60,668 bases of DNA from Parcubacteria group bacterium GW2011_GWC1_45_14. GTDB lineage: Bacteria > Patescibacteriota > Minisyncoccia > Moranbacterales > GWC2-37-73. The position numbers and the translations under genes were made by a program. This document shows positions 1 to 9,989 of this stretch, in pieces. The stretch lies in NCBI GenBank assembly GCA_001001345.1, contig LCKI01000002.1:1-60668 (forward strand). Direction: 5' to 3'. Position 1 is the stretch's first letter. The number at the start of each line of letters is the position of its first letter. The notes below the pieces were generated by a model, which saw only the letters and a program-made list of their open reading frames with translations, was not told the origin of the DNA and did not search any database.

Positions 1-1
1 A

Positions 2-88
2 TCCGGAACGAGCCTGCAGGGAGACGTCAATAAGGACGGAACAGTGAACTCGATGGATTTGGGGGTTATAATGAGCAATTGGGAATAA
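2..88 (+). CDS. 3' end of an ORF that starts upstream of the window; dockerin-like Ca-binding repeat at the C-terminus
   Basis: Frame 2 is open from the window edge to TAA at 86-88. It translates to SGTSLQGDVNKDGTVNSMDLGVIMSNWE*, which fits a DxNxDGxxxxxD loop plus hydrophobic helix as in dockerin/EF-hand repeats. Confidence 0.45.
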   Translation, partial: SGTSLQGDVNKDGTVNSMDLGVIMSNWE

Positions 89-114
89 ATGTTTCAAATA
101 ATTTTAAAAAACAT

Positions 115-573
115 ATGCAAATTTCAGACGTGATGACCAGAAATCCGGTTTCCGCCATGCCCGATTCCCTTGTGACGAAGATCGCATTGCTCATGAATGA
201 GAACAGACTACATGCGATACCCGTAGTGAATGGCCGCAACAAGGTGGTCGGCATAATTACCGAAAGCGATTTTTTCATCAAGGGATCCATGAATATGTAT
301 CTTCCTTCCGTCATAGAAATATTGAAGGACAATTCCATGTTGGATAAAATGCCTGAAAACAAGAAGGGAAAAATTGAAAAAATCATGGAAACCAGAGCGG
401 GGGAAATCATGTCATCTCCTTGCATCGCCCTGAACTACGAAGCTTCAATAGATGACTTTTTTGAGCTCGTCAAGGACAAGAAATTGCATTCAGTTCCGGT
501 AGTGGACAGTAGTCATAGTTTGGTCGGAATCATTACGCTTGCTGATGTGATGAATCTCATCAAGATAAATTAA
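115..573 (+). CDS. CBS-domain pair protein
   Basis: MQISDVMTRNPVS...HAIPVVN...VGIITESD, and a second repeat GEIMSSPCIAL...LHSVPVVD..LVGIITLADV. The ORF track opens at 79, but the ATG at 115 gives a canonical CBS N-terminus. Confidence 0.8.
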   Translation: MQISDVMTRNPVSAMPDSLVTKIALLMNENRLHAIPVVNGRNKVVGIITESDFFIKGSMNMYLPSVIEILKDNSMLDKMPENKKGKIEKIMETRAGEIMSSPCIALNYEASIDDFFELVKDKKLHSVPVVDSSHSLVGIITLADVMNLIKIN

Positions 574-590
574 TTAATATTAAAAACTCC

Positions 591-1649
591 ATGGAATTAA
601 AAAAACAAAAAAACGAGGGAGCTGAAGCGGGAAAATTCCGACCTATAGATAAAGAGGCAGGGGAAGTAGTCGGTTTGTGGAAAAAAAGCTTCATCTTTGT
701 AACAAGGACCGAGATGAAAACGTGGAAAATTGTTTTGGTTTTGGCGTTCGTGGCCGGGCTCGCGACTGCCATAGTCGCGGTGGTTTCATTTGACAGGGAA
801 CAAAAATCCAGAGCCTCACTTGTGCCGGCCAGGATATTTTTCACACCAGCCTCTCTCAGCCTGGAAGAAGGCGAGCAATTCAATGTGGACCTCAATCTGG
901 ATGCGGCAGGAGGGAATGTGGTTGTTTCCAGGGCTGATATATCTTACAATACATCAAATCTTCAGCTCCTCTCCTCAAGCACTTCCGGGTCGGCATTTTC
1001 ATCCGAAAACGCTTGCGTGTATAATTCTAAGCCTTGCGAGATAATCAATAACGACCCTACGTCTGGGAAACTGTCGATCACGTTGGCTAAGCCTTCTCCT
1101 GGAATCTCATCATCTTCAGGGAAGATAGCGACCCTGACATTCAAGGCGTTGAAACCAATAAATTCCAGTACGTCCGATTTGAAAATCAATTTTTCAAGCC
1201 AGGGAAGCTACAGCGATTCGGACGTGATTTTGGATGATGGAAACGGAACGGACACTCTTTCGGGTGTGGGTCTTTTGTCTCTGAGTGTCATCGCTCCGGA
1301 CACGACAGCTCCTGTCATTTCCGGCGGTTCTCCGACTGGGGAATTATCGTTTTCAACTACGCAAACCGATCTGAGCGTCCAGGCTAATGAGAAATCCATC
1401 TGCAAATATTCGAAAACCGCGGGAACGGAATATTCTTCAATGGTTGATTCTCTCAGTAGCAGCGATTCGCTCAAGCACGCGGCTTCCTTGAGCGGGCTGA
1501 CGGCTGGAACTACCTATAATTATTATGTCAGATGTCAGGATTTGATTGGAAACAAGACGACATCGGATTATAAGGTAAGCTTTTCAATCGCAACAAAAAC
1601 CACCACCAAAGGAAAATCTTCAACATCTCCAGGGAAGACAAAGAAATAA
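591..1649 (+). CDS. membrane-anchored surface protein with a cohesin-like domain and an Fn3-like C-terminal domain
   Basis: TM anchor WKIVLVLAFVAGLATAIVAVV. Cohesin-like FNVDLNLDAAGGNVVVSRADISYNTSNLQLL...GKIATLTFKAL. Fn3-like DTTAPVISG...LSGLTAGTTYNYYVRCQD. An alternative start is the ATG at 714. Confidence 0.6.
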   Translation: MELKKQKNEGAEAGKFRPIDKEAGEVVGLWKKSFIFVTRTEMKTWKIVLVLAFVAGLATAIVAVVSFDREQKSRASLVPARIFFTPASLSLEEGEQFNVDLNLDAAGGNVVVSRADISYNTSNLQLLSSSTSGSAFSSENACVYNSKPCEIINNDPTSGKLSITLAKPSPGISSSSGKIATLTFKALKPINSSTSDLKINFSSQGSYSDSDVILDDGNGTDTLSGVGLLSLSVIAPDTTAPVISGGSPTGELSFSTTQTDLSVQANEKSICKYSKTAGTEYSSMVDSLSSSDSLKHAASLSGLTAGTTYNYYVRCQDLIGNKTTSDYKVSFSIATKTTTKGKSSTSPGKTKK

Positions 1650-1685
1650 TCGGAACGATTTTTTGTATCGAGAAAAACCAGCATT

Positions 1686-3173
1686 TTATTGCTGGTTTTC
1701 TTTTCGGGTAACTTTTCTGATAGCGGACTTGGCCATGGAGGTTTTGACGAATTTGAGCCAATCGGGATTGGGACCCTTCCGATCTTTGGACGTTATGATC
1801 TCAAGCACCTGGCCGTTGTGGATATGGTAATCCAGGGGGACCATTTTTCCATCCGCCTTGGCTCCGACCGTCGAGTTTCCGACTTCGCTGTGGATGGCAT
1901 AGGCGAAATCCACCGGAGTGGCTTCTTCTGGAAGGTCGATGATGTCTCCCTTGGGAGTGAAGGCGAAAATATGGTTTTTGAAAAAATCTATCTTGAGGCC
2001 CTCTATGAACTCCTCGTCATCGCGGCCGATTTCATTTTGCCATTCGCGGAGCTGTTTGACCCACTTAAGTTCCTTGTCCATCGTTTCTTTCTTGGAGCCG
2101 AAGATGTATTCTTTCCAGGATTTCTTCATTTTATCGGAATATATCCAATGCGCGGCGATACCGAATTCCGCCTCGTCATGCATTTTTTGGGTGCGGATTT
2201 GCACTTCCAAAATCCTGCCTTCAGGACCGAAGATGGTAGTGTGGATGGATTGATATCCATTGGGTTTGGGTAGGGAGATATAATCCTTGATGCGTCCGAC
2301 CATCGGGCGGTATTTCTTATGCACGATCCCCAGCGCTTCATAACAATCGGCGATTTCCGGAACGATCAGTCGAACTGCTGAAAGGTCATATATCCTGTTG
2401 ATGTCCATGTCATACTTTTTCAGTTTTTCATAGGAGCTATAAAGACTTTTGGCACGGCCGTGGATATCCAGCACTTCGATGCCTTCCTTTTTTAGTTCCT
2501 TCTCTAGTTCGCGTATAGCCTGGTTGACATAGCGCTCTCTTTCTTTGTAGCTTTTGGTGATTATTTCTTTTACGTAGTTGTAGTTTTCACTGTCCAGATA
2601 TTTGAACGAGAGGTCCTGGAGCTGGGTTTTTATTTCCCCGATTCCCAAGCGATTGGCGATCGGAGCGAAAATTTCCATCGTTTCGCGGGCGATTCTTTGT
2701 TGCTTGTCAGGAGGAAGGTGGTCGAGGGTTTGCATGTTATGGAGGCGGTCCGCCAATTTGATGATGACGACCCGGATGTCGGCCGCCATTGCTAAAAACA
2801 TCTTGCGCAAGTTTTCCAGGAAATATTCCTCATGCGATCCGCGCAGCTTTATTTTTCCCAATTTCGTAACCCCGTCGACCATGAAGGCGACCTCCTTGCC
2901 GAACTTGGCTTCGATTTCCTCGAGAGTCACGGGCGTGTCTTCATCGACGTCATGGAGTAGGCCCGCGGCGATGGTTTTTCCTCCCATGCCGATTTCCGCC
3001 AGGGTTCTGGCGGTGGCTATGGAGTGTTGGAAATATTCTTCACCTGATTTCCTTTTCTGTCCCTCATGAGCCTTCTTGGAAAATTCATAGGCTTCCGTAA
3101 TGATCTTCTTCCTTTGCTCGGAGGGGGATTTTTTTAGTACTTTCAGGATATCCTCAAGACCTAGTTGCTTCAT
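1686..3173 (-). CDS. rel: RelA/SpoT-homologue (p)ppGpp synthetase/hydrolase (HD + synthetase + TGS, no ACT domain)
   Basis: HD hydrolase motifs (AAGLLHDVDEDT, ADRLHNM), synthetase core (NGYQSIHTTI, EVQIRT..MH) and a TGS-like segment (IFAFTPKGDIIDLP). Confidence 0.9.
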   Translation of the reverse strand: MKQLGLEDILKVLKKSPSEQRKKIITEAYEFSKKAHEGQKRKSGEEYFQHSIATARTLAEIGMGGKTIAAGLLHDVDEDTPVTLEEIEAKFGKEVAFMVDGVTKLGKIKLRGSHEEYFLENLRKMFLAMAADIRVVIIKLADRLHNMQTLDHLPPDKQQRIARETMEIFAPIANRLGIGEIKTQLQDLSFKYLDSENYNYVKEIITKSYKERERYVNQAIRELEKELKKEGIEVLDIHGRAKSLYSSYEKLKKYDMDINRIYDLSAVRLIVPEIADCYEALGIVHKKYRPMVGRIKDYISLPKPNGYQSIHTTIFGPEGRILEVQIRTQKMHDEAEFGIAAHWIYSDKMKKSWKEYIFGSKKETMDKELKWVKQLREWQNEIGRDDEEFIEGLKIDFFKNHIFAFTPKGDIIDLPEEATPVDFAYAIHSEVGNSTVGAKADGKMVPLDYHIHNGQVLEIITSKDRKGPNPDWLKFVKTSMAKSAIRKVTRKENQQ

Positions 3174-3284
3174 GCTGGTTTTGTATTAATTAAGATAATA
3201 CCCCTGGGAGTTCCCATTATTGCTTCTAGTATAGTAAATAAATAACCGAATGGCCAATCGGGCGGAAATCGTCATTTGAACGAC

Positions 3285-3314
3285 AAAAAAAACAGGGAAG
3301 AGCTCCCTGTTTTT
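3285..3314 (-). terminator. intrinsic terminator downstream of topA
   Basis: Stem caggga/tccctg (3293-3298 / 3304-3309), followed on the minus strand by a T8 run. Confidence 0.7.
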
Positions 3315-3335
3315 CCATCGGTCGACGCTTTCGGT

Positions 3336-5570
3336 TTACTGTTCGAAACCGCACTCCTTGCTTGAGCATTTGACTATTCCTTTAGCGGCGAACGCCAACG
3401 GTTGTCCGCAGCGTGGGCACATTTCTCCAGTCGGCTTGTTCCACATCGCGAAGTCGCAGGCCGGATATTTGTTGCAGCCATAAAAGATCCTGCCGCGCTT
3501 GGATTTTTTCTCCACGATTTCCCCGTCCTTGCACTTGGGGCATTTGACCCCAGTCTTTTTTTCGATGCCTTTGATGTTTTTGCACTCAGGGTATCCTGAG
3601 CATCCGAGGAAAGGGCCGAATCTTCCACGTTTGACGACCATGGGCTTGCCGCATTTTTCGCAGGTCTCGCCGGAGAACTCGTCGTCGACTTTCTTTTCTT
3701 CAGCCGTCTTTTCGGTGAATTTGCACTCGGGATATTTGGAGCAGGCGATGAACTTCCCGAATCTTCCGAATTTCATCACCAAGTCGCTCCCGCACTCAGG
3801 GCATTTCCTGTCCAGCTTTTCCACGAAGTCCTCTTTCTTGACCGACTCCGTTTTCTTTTCTAAGTTTTTATGGAATGGCTCATAGAAGTCGCGGATCACC
3901 GGCACCCACTCTTTTTTTCCTTCGGCCACGCTGTCCAAATCCTCTTCCATGTTGGCGGTGAAATCGATGTCCACTATCTGGGGGAAATGTTCCACTAGGG
4001 TGTCGTTGACCACCCCTCCGATTTCCAGAGGATAAAGTTTTTTGTCTTCGTTTTTCTCGATATATTTCCTTTCGAAGATGGTTGAGATGGTCGGAGCATA
4101 AGTCGAAGGTCTTCCGATGCCGTGCTCCTCCATCACCTTGACCAGGGAAGCTTCATTGTAGCGGGGAGGGGGGGTGGTGGCTTTTTGTGTCGGAAGGACG
4201 TCCTTGGCTTCGAGTTTCTCGCCGTTTTCCATTTCCGGCAGGAAAGTTTCCTTGGAAGCCCCTTCGCCATAGACTTTCAAAAATCCGTCGAAGATTATCG
4301 TCGAACCGTTCGCCCGCAGAAGGTATTGGGATTTTCCTTTGGCGGAAATGTCGACTTTCACTTGGCTGAGTTTTGCGCTCTGCATCTGGCAGGCGATAGT
4401 CCTGCTCCAGATAAGTTTATAGAGCCTGTGCTGGGCACTGTCCAAAGACGCTTCCAGTTCCGCAGGGGTTTTTTCCGAATAGGTCGGGCGGATCGCTTCA
4501 TGGGCTTCCTGGGCAGATTTGGATTTGGTCTTGAAATATCTCGGACTTTCCAGAGTGTATTTTTTCCCGAATTCTTTTTCAACCGTTTTTTGGGCGGAGA
4601 GGAGAAACTCCAAAGAGAGGTTCACGCTGTCCGTTCTCATGTAGGTGATGTGTCCCAGTTCATAGAGCTTTTGTGCGACCATCATGGTCTGCTTGGCGCT
4701 CCAGCCGAGATTGCTGATGGCGGCCTGTTGGAGCGTCGAGGTCGTGAAAGGTGCTGGCGGATTGCGGAAAGCTTCTTTCCTGGTAAGGTCGCTCACTGCA
4801 TAAACCGCGCTTTCGAGATCGGCGACGATTTTCTCCGCATCCTTTTTATTTTCTATGGTCGTTTTTTTGCTGGTGTATTTTCCGGAGAAAAGTTCCAGGA
4901 CCTGGGTCTTTTCTATTTTCTCGCCATCTTTTTCAATCAGGTTGGCGGAAAAAACTTGCGCGTCGTTTTCTTTGGTAAGCTCGGCGGCTATCGTCCAATA
5001 CTCCTCGCTTTTGAATTTTTCGATTTCGCGCTCCCTTTCCACGATGAGGCGCAGCGCCACGGATTGCACGCGTCCGGCGGAAAGACCCCTTCTGATTTTT
5101 TTCCAAAGGAAGGGGGAGAGTTCGTAACCCACGAGGCGGTCCAAAACCCTTCTGGCTTGCTGGGCGTTGACCAAATTGAGATCCAGCTCGCGCGGATGCT
5201 CCAGTGCTTTCTGGATGGCGCTTTTGGTGATTTCATGGAAGACGATCCTGGAATACGGTTTCTTGTTCTTTTTTTCCAAATCGAGCGCTTTGAGCAGATG
5301 CCAGGCGATCGCTTCTCCTTCGCGGTCTTCATCGGAAGCCAGGATGATCTCGTCGGCTTTCTTGGCTGATTCTTTGAGCGATGCCAGTTTTTCCTGCGCT
5401 TTGGTCGGGACGATATATCTCGGTTCGAAATCCTTTTCGATGTCGATACCCATCTCGCTCTTGGGAAGGTCGCGGACATGCCCGAAAGAGGACTTCACGA
5501 CGAAGCCTTTGCCTAGGAATTTACTGATGGTTTTCGCTTTGGTAGGGGACTCGACGATGACTAGTTTCAT
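3336..5570 (-). CDS. topA: DNA topoisomerase I with C-terminal Zn-ribbon repeats
   Basis: TOPRIM start MKLVIVESPTKAKTI, DEDREGEAI, catalytic region ITYMRTDS, and several CxxC...CxxC fingers at the C-terminus. Confidence 0.95.
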   Translation of the reverse strand: MKLVIVESPTKAKTISKFLGKGFVVKSSFGHVRDLPKSEMGIDIEKDFEPRYIVPTKAQEKLASLKESAKKADEIILASDEDREGEAIAWHLLKALDLEKKNKKPYSRIVFHEITKSAIQKALEHPRELDLNLVNAQQARRVLDRLVGYELSPFLWKKIRRGLSAGRVQSVALRLIVEREREIEKFKSEEYWTIAAELTKENDAQVFSANLIEKDGEKIEKTQVLELFSGKYTSKKTTIENKKDAEKIVADLESAVYAVSDLTRKEAFRNPPAPFTTSTLQQAAISNLGWSAKQTMMVAQKLYELGHITYMRTDSVNLSLEFLLSAQKTVEKEFGKKYTLESPRYFKTKSKSAQEAHEAIRPTYSEKTPAELEASLDSAQHRLYKLIWSRTIACQMQSAKLSQVKVDISAKGKSQYLLRANGSTIIFDGFLKVYGEGASKETFLPEMENGEKLEAKDVLPTQKATTPPPRYNEASLVKVMEEHGIGRPSTYAPTISTIFERKYIEKNEDKKLYPLEIGGVVNDTLVEHFPQIVDIDFTANMEEDLDSVAEGKKEWVPVIRDFYEPFHKNLEKKTESVKKEDFVEKLDRKCPECGSDLVMKFGRFGKFIACSKYPECKFTEKTAEEKKVDDEFSGETCEKCGKPMVVKRGRFGPFLGCSGYPECKNIKGIEKKTGVKCPKCKDGEIVEKKSKRGRIFYGCNKYPACDFAMWNKPTGEMCPRCGQPLAFAAKGIVKCSSKECGFEQ

Positions 5571-5576
5571 GTATTT

Positions 5577-5660
5577 CTCTACGAATTACGAATATTTTAC
5601 GAATTTACGAATATACAAAAATTTCGTACATTTGTAAATTTGTAATCGATTTGTATTTTC
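5577..5660 (-). repeat. decayed copy of the tacgaat-heptad inverted-repeat element, abutting the topA start codon
   Basis: The minus strand reads ...attcgtaaaatattcgtaattcgtagagaaatacATG. The distal arm has drifted to tacaaat. Confidence 0.7.
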
Positions 5661-5666
5661 GTTTGG

Positions 5667-6758
5667 TTATGATTTTACGTAATTTTGCCCTCCTATGTTC
5701 TTGATTATTCCCTTTATTTCCAGCATCGCGAGCGTCGAGAGGGCGGTCGCTGTCTCCAGTTTAGAGAGTTTCACGACTATGTCAACGTGGACGCTTTCTT
5801 GGCCTAATACGTCTAGGACGCCCCTTTCTTCCTTTGAGGCGGGTTCATATGTATCTTTTTTGGAGGTTTTCGTGGAAGATTTCAATGTTTCGACAAAACT
5901 TATTTCCTCCAAAATGTCAGAAACTGAGGCGGCTAATTTGGCGCCTTTTCGAAGGAGCATGTGCGGACCCTGGCTCTGGAGATGGAAAATTGGTCCGGGC
6001 ACGGCGAAAACTTCCCGGTTGAAATCCAGCGCCAGATTGGCGGTAATAAGGCTTCCGCTGTCCAAAGCCGCCTCCACTACGAGTGTGCCCAGGCTCATTC
6101 CGGCCATGATCCTGTTTCTCGCCGGGAAGCTCCCTGGAAGAGGGGAGGTGCCGGCGGGGTATTCGCTAAGGAGTAATCCGCCGGAGCGGATGATCTCCTG
6201 GGAAAGCTCGAAGTTTGAGCGCGGATGGATACTTTTTTCGTCCAGACCGTTTCCCAAGACCGCGACGGTTTTCCCCTTGGCTTCGAGGGCTCCGGCATGG
6301 GCGATCGCGTCGATGCCGAGTGCCAGCCCGCTGACGACCGTGATCCCGCTATTGGCCAGTTCGCGCCCAAAGGAGCTGGCCACCCGACTTCCGTATTCGG
6401 TGGATTTTCGCGAACCCACGACCGCGATCATCGTGGAATTGAGCAGGGAGAGGTCTCCTTTGGCATAGAGTATATAAGGAGGGTTATGGATTTCTTTGAG
6501 AAGATTCGGATAGGCCGGATCTTCCAGGGAAATGACGGAAATCCCCTCCTTTTCCAATTCCTCCCATTCTTTGTCCAGGTTGATGGAATTTCTTTCCGAA
6601 ATTATTTTCCCCGCCAGGTTTTCGGAAAGTCCCGCCCCGATCAGCTCCGCAAGGGGAGCGCCCCAAGCTTTTTCCGAAGAATCGAAATGCGCCATAAGGA
6701 GCGCCAGCTTCTGACTCCCGACCCCTTCGATTTTATTGAGGGCGTTGAGATATTTCAT
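5667..6758 (-). CDS. dprA: DNA-processing protein DprA (Smf)
   Basis: IAVVGSRKSTEYG, SGLALGIDAIAH and FPARNRIMAG are typical DprA Rossmann-fold motifs. Confidence 0.9.
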   Translation of the reverse strand: MKYLNALNKIEGVGSQKLALLMAHFDSSEKAWGAPLAELIGAGLSENLAGKIISERNSINLDKEWEELEKEGISVISLEDPAYPNLLKEIHNPPYILYAKGDLSLLNSTMIAVVGSRKSTEYGSRVASSFGRELANSGITVVSGLALGIDAIAHAGALEAKGKTVAVLGNGLDEKSIHPRSNFELSQEIIRSGGLLLSEYPAGTSPLPGSFPARNRIMAGMSLGTLVVEAALDSGSLITANLALDFNREVFAVPGPIFHLQSQGPHMLLRKGAKLAASVSDILEEISFVETLKSSTKTSKKDTYEPASKEERGVLDVLGQESVHVDIVVKLSKLETATALSTLAMLEIKGIIKNIGGQNYVKS

Positions 6759-6873
6759 GGGAATGACTTGGCTTATATTTTTTTACCTATAAACAAATTT
6801 TCTACCATTGACAAATGTCTTATTTTTTGCTATAATAATATATAGTATCAAAAAGCGCCCTCGGGCGCTTTTC

Positions 6874-7401
6874 TTATAGGGAAGCTATTATTTCTTTGGA
6901 AACAGTCAGAATAAGGCCTTTTTCTTCTTTGGTGAAATCTTTAAGGACGAAGTCCATTCCGGGTTCGGTCCGTTCGGTCCGGCCGCCGGATTTCTCCACT
7001 CCTAGGCGGATTCTTCTGATCGTCTGTGTCTCGAGATGATCAAAAATCGATTGGACGCCATTGTGCCCCGCGGCGCGCGAATCCTCGCTGATTTTCCATT
7101 TGCCGATTTCGATGTCCAGATCGTCATGAAGTGCGGTGATGTCAGCAGGGGAGAGTTTGTAAAAATCCATGATGGCCCTGACTGATTTTCCAGAAAGGTT
7201 CATAAAGGTCTGGGGTTTGGCCAGGATGGTTTTTTCTCCCTTTAAAATCCCTTCGGAAATCTCGGCGTTGAATTTTTTCTCCAATTTGAACTGCGGAAAG
7301 TCGAAATGGTTTCGAATTTCATCAAGCAGGACGAAGCCCGCGTTGTGGCGGGTCTTTTCATATTTTTCTCCGGGGTTTCCCAGGCCGATTATCAGTTTCA
7401 T
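6874..7401 (-). CDS. pth: peptidyl-tRNA hydrolase
   Basis: MKLIIGLGNPGEKYEKTRHNAGF... and AAGHNGVQSI. Confidence 0.92.
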   Translation of the reverse strand: MKLIIGLGNPGEKYEKTRHNAGFVLLDEIRNHFDFPQFKLEKKFNAEISEGILKGEKTILAKPQTFMNLSGKSVRAIMDFYKLSPADITALHDDLDIEIGKWKISEDSRAAGHNGVQSIFDHLETQTIRRIRLGVEKSGGRTERTEPGMDFVLKDFTKEEKGLILTVSKEIIASL

Positions 7402-7427
7402 AAAATGTTCGATTATAAACCTTTTTA

Positions 7428-8993
7428 TTATTCCAATTCCACTTGTTTGTCTTTCTCCCTGTCATATTCCTCTTTGCTCACATCTTCATATTTGTATATG
7501 TCAACAAGGTCCTTTCCTAAATATAGCGTAAAATCAGTTTTCGTTGAAGTCGGGTCATTGGTTGAGGGGGAGATGGTGGCCGGGGTTATCCTGATGAGTT
7601 CATCCAGGGTAAAAATCTTCTTACCGTTCGTGGCATCGGAAATTTCCGTTTTGGTCCTGATTTTATCTCCGGCGATAGTTTTGATTTGATAAGTTTTTAT
7701 TCCGAGGGCTTCGCTGGCAACCCGCCTCACTTTTTCTGCAAGCTTCGGATCTCCGCTTTCGTTAATGATCCGGAGTGTCGCAGCTTCCTTGGCAAATTCC
7801 TCTTTTCTTTTTTCTATCTTCTGGATGTCGAAAATATTTTCAGCCAAGTCCTGGATCTGGCTGTATGATCCGACTTTCGGAACCAGGATGAAGGCGCGGG
7901 CGTTTTCGAAATAGACATGGGACACTTTGAGTAGGCTATCGGCTTTCCAGGCGTCCACGACTTTGGTGGAGATGTTCTGGGTGTCGAGCTTTTTGGCAAG
8001 AAATAGGAAGCTTTCGATTTCAGCAATGGTCACGTTCGTCCGCACGTTATTTTCCAAGGTCGTCAGTAGGCCGTTGAGCGTGGAGATGTCGAGAAACGTT
8101 CCGAGGGAAAAAACTTTGTTTTTGACGGCTTGGATCGTTTGTTGCTGTCTTTTGGCCCGGCCGAAATCCCCCTGTGGGTCATCATGACGTTCGCGCACGT
8201 ACTTGAGGGCTGTCGTTCCGTCTAAAACTTGCACGCCCTTTTTGAGTTCGAATGTTTCATAACTATAATTGGGTCCAGGATAGCGCGAATCGTAGATATT
8301 CCTTTCTACGTTCACCGTCACGCCTCCGAGAGTGTCTATGAATGTGGTGAATCCGTCGAAGTCCACGACCAAGTAATAATCTATTTTTTGCCCCGTAATC
8401 TCGGAAACCGTTTTTTCGATAAGCTCCGTTCCTTGATTGTTTCTGAGTCCGATTTGGTAGAGACTGTTGATTTTCGCATGCGAAGCGGAGCCTGGGATTT
8501 TCACATAGAGATCTCTGGGAAGGGAAAGTAGGGAAACTTTTTTGGATTGGGTGTCGATCGAAGCGAGCATCACCGTGTCGGTGAGGTTGCTTCCCGGCTT
8601 CTTCTCTCCAGCCGCCCCGAGAAGCAGAATGTTAACTCGTCCCTTGTCTTCTCCCGAAAGAATCGTTCTTTGCGATGGGATTAAGGAAAGGGCCGCGGAC
8701 TTCATTTCACTGGCGAAGGATGCGGAATTTTCCTGGTGGGAGATTTTTCTGCTGACAGAATAAACTTTCCAAAAAAAGAAGGAGCCATATGAAAGGGAGA
8801 TTAAGAAAAAGAAAAGGGCTGAGAAAAAAATAAATTTCCGCAGCGCGAGTTTTTTTTGAAATAAGCGCCAATGGGGATCCGTATTACTTTCAAATTCCGA
8901 GATGCGCAAATGAGACTCCACCTTGGTTGTTTTTTTCCCATGATCGGAAGCGTAGGCGGGGCGCACGGTTTGTTTTTTTTGTAGTCCGTCCAT
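7428..8993 (-). CDS. LytR-CpsA-Psr (LCP) family cell-envelope transferase, membrane anchored
   Basis: TM segment FIFFSALFFFLISL, then NILLLGAAG...NLTDTVMLASID...VSLLSLPRDLYV, the LCP core. Confidence 0.85.
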   Translation of the reverse strand: MDGLQKKQTVRPAYASDHGKKTTKVESHLRISEFESNTDPHWRLFQKKLALRKFIFFSALFFFLISLSYGSFFFWKVYSVSRKISHQENSASFASEMKSAALSLIPSQRTILSGEDKGRVNILLLGAAGEKKPGSNLTDTVMLASIDTQSKKVSLLSLPRDLYVKIPGSASHAKINSLYQIGLRNNQGTELIEKTVSEITGQKIDYYLVVDFDGFTTFIDTLGGVTVNVERNIYDSRYPGPNYSYETFELKKGVQVLDGTTALKYVRERHDDPQGDFGRAKRQQQTIQAVKNKVFSLGTFLDISTLNGLLTTLENNVRTNVTIAEIESFLFLAKKLDTQNISTKVVDAWKADSLLKVSHVYFENARAFILVPKVGSYSQIQDLAENIFDIQKIEKRKEEFAKEAATLRIINESGDPKLAEKVRRVASEALGIKTYQIKTIAGDKIRTKTEISDATNGKKIFTLDELIRITPATISPSTNDPTSTKTDFTLYLGKDLVDIYKYEDVSKEEYDREKDKQVELE

Positions 8994-9087
8994 ACGCCCA
9001 GTTTACCTTTTTCAAAGAACTTGTGTCAAAAGCTTCGAATGCTGTTTAGGTCCTTTTTTGAGGCAAAAAGGGGCACCTGACTGACCC

Positions 9088-9116
9088 TTGCCAAAGCCCT
9101 AAAAATGTGATATCAT
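9088..9116 (+). promoter_or_regulatory. sigma70-type promoter for lepB
   Basis: TTGCCA (9088-9093), a 17-nt spacer ending in TGa, then TATCAT (9111-9116). Confidence 0.45.
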
Positions 9117-9206
9117 AGGCATGTTTCCAGGTTTTTTGCCTTGTTTGAGCTGAAAGCGTAAAATGGGAATTTTGGTGGACTAAAATCAGCCATATAAAAA
9201 AATATA

Positions 9207-9851
9207 ATGATGGAAAACAACAATAGGGAAAACTTAAATCCGGACATCAATAACGAGGAGGAGGTTTATTACGGTGTCGGAAGTTTCATTTGGGAAGTGG
9301 TGAAAGTTTTTTTCTGGGCGCTTATAATCATAGTCCCGATCCGGGTTTTTCTGTTTCAGCCGTTTTTTGTGCAGGGCGCCAGCATGGAACCCAATTTCGC
9401 GGACGGGGATTATCTGATAGTCAATGAGATCGGTTTTAAAAAAACAGAAGTCGGTTTTAATGATACGCGCTTTTTCACAGTTGAAGCTTTCAATGATTTC
9501 GAGAGAGGGGATTCGATAGTGTTTCGTTATCCGAAAAATCCCAGTCAGTTTTTCATTAAAAGGGTGATAGCTCTTCCGGGGGAAAAAGTCGAGGTTGATG
9601 ACGGCAAGGTGTATATCTTCAATGAAGAAAATCCTGAAGGGTTTTTTTTGGATGAAAGCGAATACCTTGCCGAAGGCGTGGTTACCAGGGGAGCGGTCAC
9701 GAGGGAACTCAAGAATGACGAATATTTCGTAATGGGGGACAATCGGGAATTCAGCCATGATTCAAGGGCTTGGGGGCCGATAACCAAGGATGACGCTATC
9801 GGAAAAGTGCTTCTGCGGGCTTGGCCGGTTTCGAACGCGGATATTTTTTAA
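9207..9851 (+). CDS. lepB: signal peptidase I
   Basis: GASMEPNF (catalytic Ser box), IKRVIALPGE, GDNREFSHDSRAWGP. Confidence 0.92.
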   Translation: MMENNNRENLNPDINNEEEVYYGVGSFIWEVVKVFFWALIIIVPIRVFLFQPFFVQGASMEPNFADGDYLIVNEIGFKKTEVGFNDTRFFTVEAFNDFERGDSIVFRYPKNPSQFFIKRVIALPGEKVEVDDGKVYIFNEENPEGFFLDESEYLAEGVVTRGAVTRELKNDEYFVMGDNREFSHDSRAWGPITKDDAIGKVLLRAWPVSNADIF

Positions 9852-9989
9852 AAATCTTTCGGCTAAAATCAAAAAAAACAAATATCGAATTTTTCAGGTT
9901 AAGGCGTTAAAATTTTTAGATACTAAATTAACAGCTAAGAAATAAAGAATTCTTTTGAGCCAGGCTCAATTGAATTTCTACTACCGGGT

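Noticed and set aside
9852-9989. Possible T-box leader upstream of hisS.
   Set aside because: The spacer is only 138 nt and lacks a specifier-loop/T-box (AGGGUGGNACCGCG-like) sequence or a terminator/antiterminator pair.
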